A stretch of 63,826 nt of DNA, filler included, from Pseudobdellovibrionaceae bacterium (GTDB lineage: Bacteria; Bdellovibrionota; Bdellovibrionia; Bdellovibrionales; UBA1609): assembly GCA_030591685.1 (NCBI GenBank). It is 5 parts of 5 records of this genome, joined end to end, with 100 filler letters (N's around TTAATTAATTAA, not from the genome) between each part and the next. Parts side by side here need not be neighbours in the genome. Positions count along the whole stretch, not along the records: positions 51,961 to 61,528 come from JAUVAX010000063.1; positions 61,629 to 63,826 come from JAUVAX010000009.1; 3 more parts are not named here. One strand, given 5' to 3'. Shown one piece after another: positions 58,750 to 63,826 of this stretch; the stretch's first letter is position 1; every line of letters starts with the position of its first letter. The position numbers were made by a program, and so were the translations under genes. The notes beneath the pieces were generated by a model that worked only from the letters and a program-made list of their open reading frames with translations, made no database searches and was not told the origin of the DNA.

Positions 58750-60095
58750 TATCTTAAAGTTACGAGTTCTTCAGCAGCGGTGGGGTGAATAGCCATTGTG
58801 TTATCAAAATCAGATTTACAAGCCCCCATTTTTATGGCAACTGCAAACCCCTGCAATATTTCGTCGCAGGCTTTGCCAATAATATGTAAGCCCACTATTC
58901 GTTGCTCTTTTTTGGAGCAAATAAGTTTCATAAAGGTCTTTGGTTTTTTTTGGCTGAGTGCATAGTACATATTTGTAAATTCAGATTTATAGGTTTTTAT
59001 ATGTTCGGCCCCATATTTTTTTATAGCCTCTTGTTCAGTGAGTCCAATGGTCCCTATAGGGGGGTGGGAGAAAACAACACTTGGTATGAGTTCATACTTT
59101 ATGTGTGCCTCAGGTTCATTATTAAAGAGCCTGTGGGCTAATTTTCGACCCGCAGCAATAGCTACTGGTGTGAGTTGAAATTGACCAATGATATCACCGA
59201 GAGCAAAAACATGTGGGTCATCTGTATTTTGAAATTTATCAGACTTTACGTGCCCTGACTGTGTGAACTGTACTTTGGTGCTTTGTAAATTTAAGTTCTC
59301 TAGGTTAGGCCTTCGCCCGGTAGTCCAAATTAACTTTTCAACTTGTAAGTTTTTTATGTTTTCAAACTCAATTGTTAACCCCAGATTACTTTTTGTGATT
59401 TTTTTTGTTTCGGTCTCTTCTAAAATCTGAATACCCTGTTGGGACATCTCAGCCGAGAGAGTCTTTACAATGTCCTCGTCAAAGGCCCTAAGAATTCTTT
59501 GAGCCCTGCAGATGATCGTGACCTCTTGAACCCCAAGTGATTTGAGCACGCCTGCTATTTCAACCCCAATATATCCTCCCCCAATAATAGCCACCGACTT
59601 TGGAGCATGACTCCACTTAAAAAAATCATCAGAAGTTTCACCAAGGTGTGCCCCTTCGATTGGGGGGACAAAAGGGCGCCCGCCGGTAGCAATGACGATC
59701 TTTTCACAGACATACTGCTTTGAATTCACACTCACTGTATTTGAGCTTACAAACTGGGCCTCACCATAAACCGTATCAACATTAGATTTATTTAAATTTC
59801 GCTCATAAATATTATTTAGTTTACTTATATAGGAATTTCTTCGTTCAACAAGTTGTGGCCAGTTAATGGCTGAACTTTGAGCTGAAAACCCATAATGAGT
59901 TGCCTGTTGCAGGGCGTTTTCGATTTCACAAGCATTCCACATTACTTTTTTGGGTACACAACCTACATTGACACAAGTGCCACCTAATTTTTTCATTTCA
60001 ATAATTAAAACCTGGGCTCCGAATTCGGCTGCTCTTCTGGCCATAGCGATTCCGCCGCTTCCGGCACCGATAACTATAAGGTCGTAGCTTTTCAT
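58749..60095 (-). CDS. gor: Glutathione-disulfide reductase
   Basis: [63 protein letters not shown]. Confidence 0.93.
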   Translation of the reverse strand: MKSYDLIVIGAGSGGIAMARRAAEFGAQVLIIEMKKLGGTCVNVGCVPKKVMWNACEIENALQQATHYGFSAQSSAINWPQLVERRNSYISKLNNIYERNLNKSNVDTVYGEAQFVSSNTVSVNSKQYVCEKIVIATGGRPFVPPIEGAHLGETSDDFFKWSHAPKSVAIIGGGYIGVEIAGVLKSLGVQEVTIICRAQRILRAFDEDIVKTLSAEMSQQGIQILEETETKKITKSNLGLTIEFENIKNLQVEKLIWTTGRRPNLENLNLQSTKVQFTQSGHVKSDKFQNTDDPHVFALGDIIGQFQLTPVAIAAGRKLAHRLFNNEPEAHIKYELIPSVVFSHPPIGTIGLTEQEAIKKYGAEHIKTYKSEFTNMYYALSQKKPKTFMKLICSKKEQRIVGLHIIGKACDEILQGFAVAIKMGACKSDFDNTMAIHPTAAEELVTLR

Positions 60096-60208
60096 GAGGC
60101 ATCCTTAACTCTAAACTGAAAGATAAACTTATCATTTGTCTATTCTTAGGTCTATGGAATTTAGCTAGAATTGTAGTAATATATTAAAAATTTCATTATA
60201 ATACACTC

Positions 60209-60889
60209 ATGTCTAAGCAAATTGAATTTTTATCCCAACTCACCACAGAGAAAACCTTAGAATTAGTAGGTTCAATAGTGTCCTTGAGTCCTGAAACTCA
60301 ATTAAACACAGCGAACCTTGGGAGCGCTGTAGTTAAAAAATTTCAAGATCTCAAAAATGGTGATATCCAGTGCTGGGTATCACTTTCTGGCATAAATGTG
60401 GGAGACGAAGTATCCTTTACAACTACAATAAAGGGCGACCAGTATATAATAAGAGGTCAAGTGTTCTCATTTGAGGCTCCGGTACTTAAAGTTTCAGAGG
60501 GCTTTACGGCCTACTTAATTCAAAGACGAGATAATTTCAGAGTGACAATCAGTGGGCCCACAAAGGTCAGTTCAATTATTAAATTTGCAAATGGGCATCC
60601 TGTCTTGCTGTCAGTTCCCGTTATAAACTTGTCCTTAGGGGGGTGTCAGCTTGAGTTACCGAGCAGCACAGCGCCGTTAAGGTCAGGTGAAAAACTCTCA
60701 GGTGAGTTGTTAGCCCCTGGTTACGCACCTATTCAATTTGAGGGTGTGATCCAACGGTTAGACCCCTCTGATTTAGGCACAAAATCAGTCATTTTTTGTG
60801 GCTTAGAGTTTATTGGTATGAGTGGTGTCTCATTAGGGCGCCTTCATGAGCTCGTTTTAAAGTGCGAGCGAGAATCCCGTCAAAGATAA
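60209..60889 (+). CDS. PilZ-domain protein (YcgR-like)
   Basis: QRRDNFR (RxxxR) and NLSLGG (N/DxSxxG); C-terminal GLEF. Confidence 0.85.
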   Translation: MSKQIEFLSQLTTEKTLELVGSIVSLSPETQLNTANLGSAVVKKFQDLKNGDIQCWVSLSGINVGDEVSFTTTIKGDQYIIRGQVFSFEAPVLKVSEGFTAYLIQRRDNFRVTISGPTKVSSIIKFANGHPVLLSVPVINLSLGGCQLELPSSTAPLRSGEKLSGELLAPGYAPIQFEGVIQRLDPSDLGTKSVIFCGLEFIGMSGVSLGRLHELVLKCERESRQR

Positions 60890-61181
60890 CAACCAGCTAA
60901 GTAACGAAGTACAACTTGTGTCTTGAAGTGAAGCCACTGAACGTTAGATTTTACACAGTGTGCATTAACACTTCAAATCTATTCACTATTAAACTAAGAG
61001 CTTCAAGTATTAGGCTCGTGATTTTAACCTGAATGTGCTGTGAACACCCCAACCAGTGTTTCATTTTGAGAGTGAAAAAGCTCACTTTATGATGTTCTCA
61101 ATACAATGCGTAGAAGTTATAAACAGAGTTTTAAGGTTATACAGTTTAAGGGCTTCAGGTTAAGAGAGCTGTGTGCTCACA

Positions 61182-61197
61182 TGGCATAAACTTTGTA
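61182..61197 (+). promoter_or_regulatory. Sigma54-like promoter
   Basis: TGGCATAAACTTTGTA (GG-N10-GT, imperfect -12) 40 bp upstream of ATG 61237. Confidence 0.45.
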
Positions 61198-61236
61198 TGT
61201 TATTATTGTAGTTGGAACGTATATTAAGGGGTAAAT

Positions 61237-61528
61237 ATGAAACAAATCATCTTCTATATAACAATGCCATTATTTCTACTGCTCGCATTTCAAAACTGCA
61301 GTGAAGTCCAGTTCGAAGAACTAGGTAATGCCAAGCTCGTCGCTCAAGATATTGGTGACGATCCTTTTAATGATGGTCAAGATGCTGATTCTGATGTGGG
61401 ATCTGATGAGGGTTCTGATGAGGGATCCGATGAAGGTTCTGATGAGGGATCCGATGAAGGTTCTGATGAGGGATCCGATGAAGGTTCTGATGAGGGATCC
61501 GATGAAGGTTCTGATGAGGGATCCGATG
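61237..61528 (+). CDS. FQNC lipoprotein with (SDEG)n repeat, truncated by gap
   Basis: LLLAFQNCSEVQFEELGNAKLVAQD, N-terminus similar to 39061-39615. Confidence 0.8.
61390..61528 (+). repeat. Coding tandem repeat, 12-bp unit with 24-bp higher-order period
   Basis: TCTGATGAGGGA-TCCGATGAAGGT alternating; contig ends inside the array. Confidence 0.95.
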
Positions 61529-61628
61529 NNNNNNNNNNNNNNNNNNNNNNNNNNNNNNNNNNNNNNNNNNNNTTAATTAATTAANNNNNNNNNNNNNNNN
61601 NNNNNNNNNNNNNNNNNNNNNNNNNNNN
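61529..61628. other. Artificial contig spacer
   Basis: N44-TTAATTAATTAA-N44. Confidence 0.99.
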
Positions 61629-61700
61629 GCCTCTTTTGTGGCCCCGGCGGCCTTGTTGTTGCTCACTGAGATTCTTTAACTCCCGTTTAATTCTAATAAC

Positions 61701-61728
61701 TTATCGGTCACCACGCCGAGTCACTTTA
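61701..61728 (-). promoter_or_regulatory. Sigma28-like promoter for a gene starting GTG 61666 and cut by the gap
   Basis: Minus strand TAAAG-N15-ACCGATAA, followed by GGGAG RBS. Confidence 0.45.
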
Positions 61729-61837
61729 AAATCTGGCTTAAGCGCAGGACGTTTGTCCATTCATTAAAACCAAACACTTAAGCATTGTTGTTTAGGGGCG
61801 CTTAGTCCATGAAGGTTTATGTAGTTAGTTTTAGTAG

Positions 61838-62011
61838 GAGCTTTTTGAGAGTTAAGGTCGTGAGGGTTCAAAGGCTATGAGGGATTTAACTAAAGAGCTA
61901 AGGGTGAGGCTGGTGAAGCCATTTTTAATTCACCAGATGTAATAACTTTAGGGCATCAACATAGTTTGACCCTTAATGGCAGTAAAGGTAAAGAGTAGCT
62001 TAAGGGTCAAA
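61838..62011 (+). promoter_or_regulatory. Candidate riboswitch-like leader with RBS-sequestering hairpin
   Basis: TTTGACCCTTAA (61965-61976) / TTAAGGGTCAAA (62000-62011) perfect 12-bp stem over the RBS, with a competing upstream pairing. Confidence 0.45.
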
Positions 62012-62014
62012 AAA

Positions 62015-63736
62015 ATGAAGTTTCTTCGATATTTTTGTTTATTATATAGCTTTATAGCCTCAGTAAATACTTGGTCGCAGTCTGCAGATGCAGAAGTCAC
62101 AATTACGGCTACACGTTATCCCAGTGCAAAAAGTTTTTTAGCTGTCCCTGTCACCGTTATATCCTCTGAAGAGTTAGAGCATTCTTGGGGCGGAAACGTA
62201 TCTGAGGCGATTCGGTCCACCTCTGGTATTGATGTTGTCTCTGCCGGTGGGAGCTCTGGGCAAACAAGTGTTTTTATTCGTGGAGCTCAGTCGCATCATG
62301 TGCTCGTGCTCATTGATGGTCTTGAGTTGAACGACCCCAGTCAGCCTAACCGTGGCTTTGATTTATCCTCAGTGCAACCCTCGTTAGTCGAAAAAATAGA
62401 AATAATCAAAGGGCCACAAAGTGGCCTATATGGGTCTGACGCTATGGCGGGTGTCATAAATATAATTACCAAAAAAAAGCAAGCCACAGAGATTTCTTTA
62501 GGGGCTGGGTCTAACGAAGCATGGGGGCTTATGGGGAGGCATCAGTCCTCAGTGGGTCGTCTAAGGTATGGCCTTGGAGTAGCAATAAAGACTTCAAGGG
62601 GGCTTTCGGCCTCTAAAACATCCGCTTATCCTCGCCCCGAAAGTGATGGGTCTACAAATATTAACGGCTCAATGAGTTTAGGGTTTGTTGTAACACCGTC
62701 TATTGATTTAGAGTGGCGGCATAAGATGAATATAAACAAGGCCGATATTGATGATTTAGGTGTGCCTGGCGATGACCCCAATAATACTTACAAAAAAACA
62801 ACAAAGTCTCACGAGCTAAGAGCTCAAGCTAATATAAACGAAAATACAGACTTGCAGGTTTACCTGCAGAAGTCGCATTGGCAGAGTCAAAATGTGGACC
62901 TGTCAAATGACATGGTTGAGTTTGATGAATCTTCTGAATTTATAGGCCGTTTAAGTAAAAACACTTTTCAAGTGCAGCACCTATGGGGCCAATTTTCGCA
63001 ATTAAGTTTTATTTTTGAATCAGAAGTTGAGTCTATGAAGTCGTGGTCAGTAGGGGCCTTGTCATCTACGTTTAGTAAAAAAGAGCAGAAAAACACAGGC
63101 ATGGCAATAGTGCAAAACTTAAGATTAGAGGACTTAAAATTTAATTTATCCTTAAGGGGGGATCAGTTTGATTCGCCATCGACACACCTGACTTATAGGT
63201 TTGCCACAAATTATGAAATAAAAAAAAGTGGAGTTGAAGTTCATTCATCTCTTGGCACAGGGTTTAAGAGGCCGAGCTTATATCAACTTTTTGAGCCCAC
63301 CTACGGAAGTTTAACATTAAAAAATGAAACATCAAAAACTTGGGAATTGGGAGTCAATAAAAAATACAAATTAGGTTCAGTGGCTTTAAATTATTTTGAT
63401 CAACAGTATTTTGACTTAATAGGGTTTCAAACGAAATATATAAATATTCAAAGGGTATCTATTCGGGGCATAGAGTTTTCAGGGGCCCATGAAGCTGTGG
63501 CACTCTCTAGTGGTTTTTTGTGGAGTATGACTTATTTAAACCCTAAGGACCATGACACCGGAAAGACGCTTTTAAAAAGGCCAAGGTTTAGTGCTAAAAT
63601 TAAGTACAATATCAACTTAGTAGAGGCTTTAACTTACAGTGTGTCGCTTGTTCACATCGGTGACAGGGCCGACATAGACCCCTCAGACTTTTTAAAAACA
63701 GTAACCCTGGGCTCGTATACATTTACTCATTTATAG
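62015..63736 (+). CDS. TonB-dependent receptor, BtuB-like (C-terminus probably corrupted near contig end)
   Basis: Signal peptide, VTITATR TonB box, SVFIRGA..HVLVLIDG, IEIIKGPQSGLYGSDAMAGVINIITK, GTGFKRPSLYQLF, LLKRPR. Confidence 0.9.
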   Translation: MKFLRYFCLLYSFIASVNTWSQSADAEVTITATRYPSAKSFLAVPVTVISSEELEHSWGGNVSEAIRSTSGIDVVSAGGSSGQTSVFIRGAQSHHVLVLIDGLELNDPSQPNRGFDLSSVQPSLVEKIEIIKGPQSGLYGSDAMAGVINIITKKKQATEISLGAGSNEAWGLMGRHQSSVGRLRYGLGVAIKTSRGLSASKTSAYPRPESDGSTNINGSMSLGFVVTPSIDLEWRHKMNINKADIDDLGVPGDDPNNTYKKTTKSHELRAQANINENTDLQVYLQKSHWQSQNVDLSNDMVEFDESSEFIGRLSKNTFQVQHLWGQFSQLSFIFESEVESMKSWSVGALSSTFSKKEQKNTGMAIVQNLRLEDLKFNLSLRGDQFDSPSTHLTYRFATNYEIKKSGVEVHSSLGTGFKRPSLYQLFEPTYGSLTLKNETSKTWELGVNKKYKLGSVALNYFDQQYFDLIGFQTKYINIQRVSIRGIEFSGAHEAVALSSGFLWSMTYLNPKDHDTGKTLLKRPRFSAKIKYNINLVEALTYSVSLVHIGDRADIDPSDFLKTVTLGSYTFTHL

Positions 63737-63826
63737 ATAGCCAAAAGTTTTCATAAACAGTGGCGAGCAATTTATAAAATCCATAAACTATATAGAACTC
63801 AAAACGAATAGTCTGCAGTGTAAACA

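Noticed and set aside
61390..61528. CRISPR array
   Set aside because: Contiguous 12/24-bp coding tandem repeat without unique spacers; no cas genes
1438..61576. Many short antisense or alternative-frame ORFs in the track (e.g. 4167-4532, 7402-7926, 15420-15764, 17139-17495, 30073-30375)
   Set aside because: Fully nested in well-supported genes, with no motifs or RBS
28782..61628. TTAATTAATTAA as a biological repeat, and gene linkage across N-runs
   Set aside because: Identical artificial linkers join separate contigs; ORFs ending in X-runs and adjacency across them are artefacts
61838..62011. Canonical cobalamin riboswitch call
   Set aside because: Hallmark conserved sequences are not recognisable; kept only as a candidate leader

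Overview
Five concatenated contig fragments (separated by N44-TTAATTAATTAA-N44 spacers at 28782-28881, 41707-41806, 51861-51960 and 61529-61628) from an AT-rich bacterium that looks like a member of Bdellovibrionota. The evidence is ffs-dnaX-ybaB-recR-mglA with no mglB and MglA Ser21, a TIGR02147-like protein, 'FQNC' lipoproteins, and many secreted and outer-membrane proteins. Housekeeping content includes nadA, scoAB, LPS core glycosyltransferases and waaA, gor, a lemA-TPM operon, a KamA-family radical SAM enzyme, transporters and a BtuB-like receptor. The most striking accessory locus is a translationally coupled operon behind a sigma28-like promoter (32809-37537). It encodes a PilZ-like domain fused to an alpha-oxoamine synthase (PLP) enzyme, a multi-TM sensor histidine kinase, and a receiver fused to a non-canonical class III nucleotide cyclase, and so resembles Lqs/Cqs quorum sensing. 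Other highlights are two candidate structured leader RNAs (nadA and btuB-like), a RAYT transposase inside inverted motifs and a 129-bp gene-end duplication, a REPIN-like hairpin, a TA module flanked by 46-bp direct repeats, a putative peptidoglycan amidase/immunity pair, and a dnaX A10 slippage site. All calls come from motif reading by eye; no searches were run.
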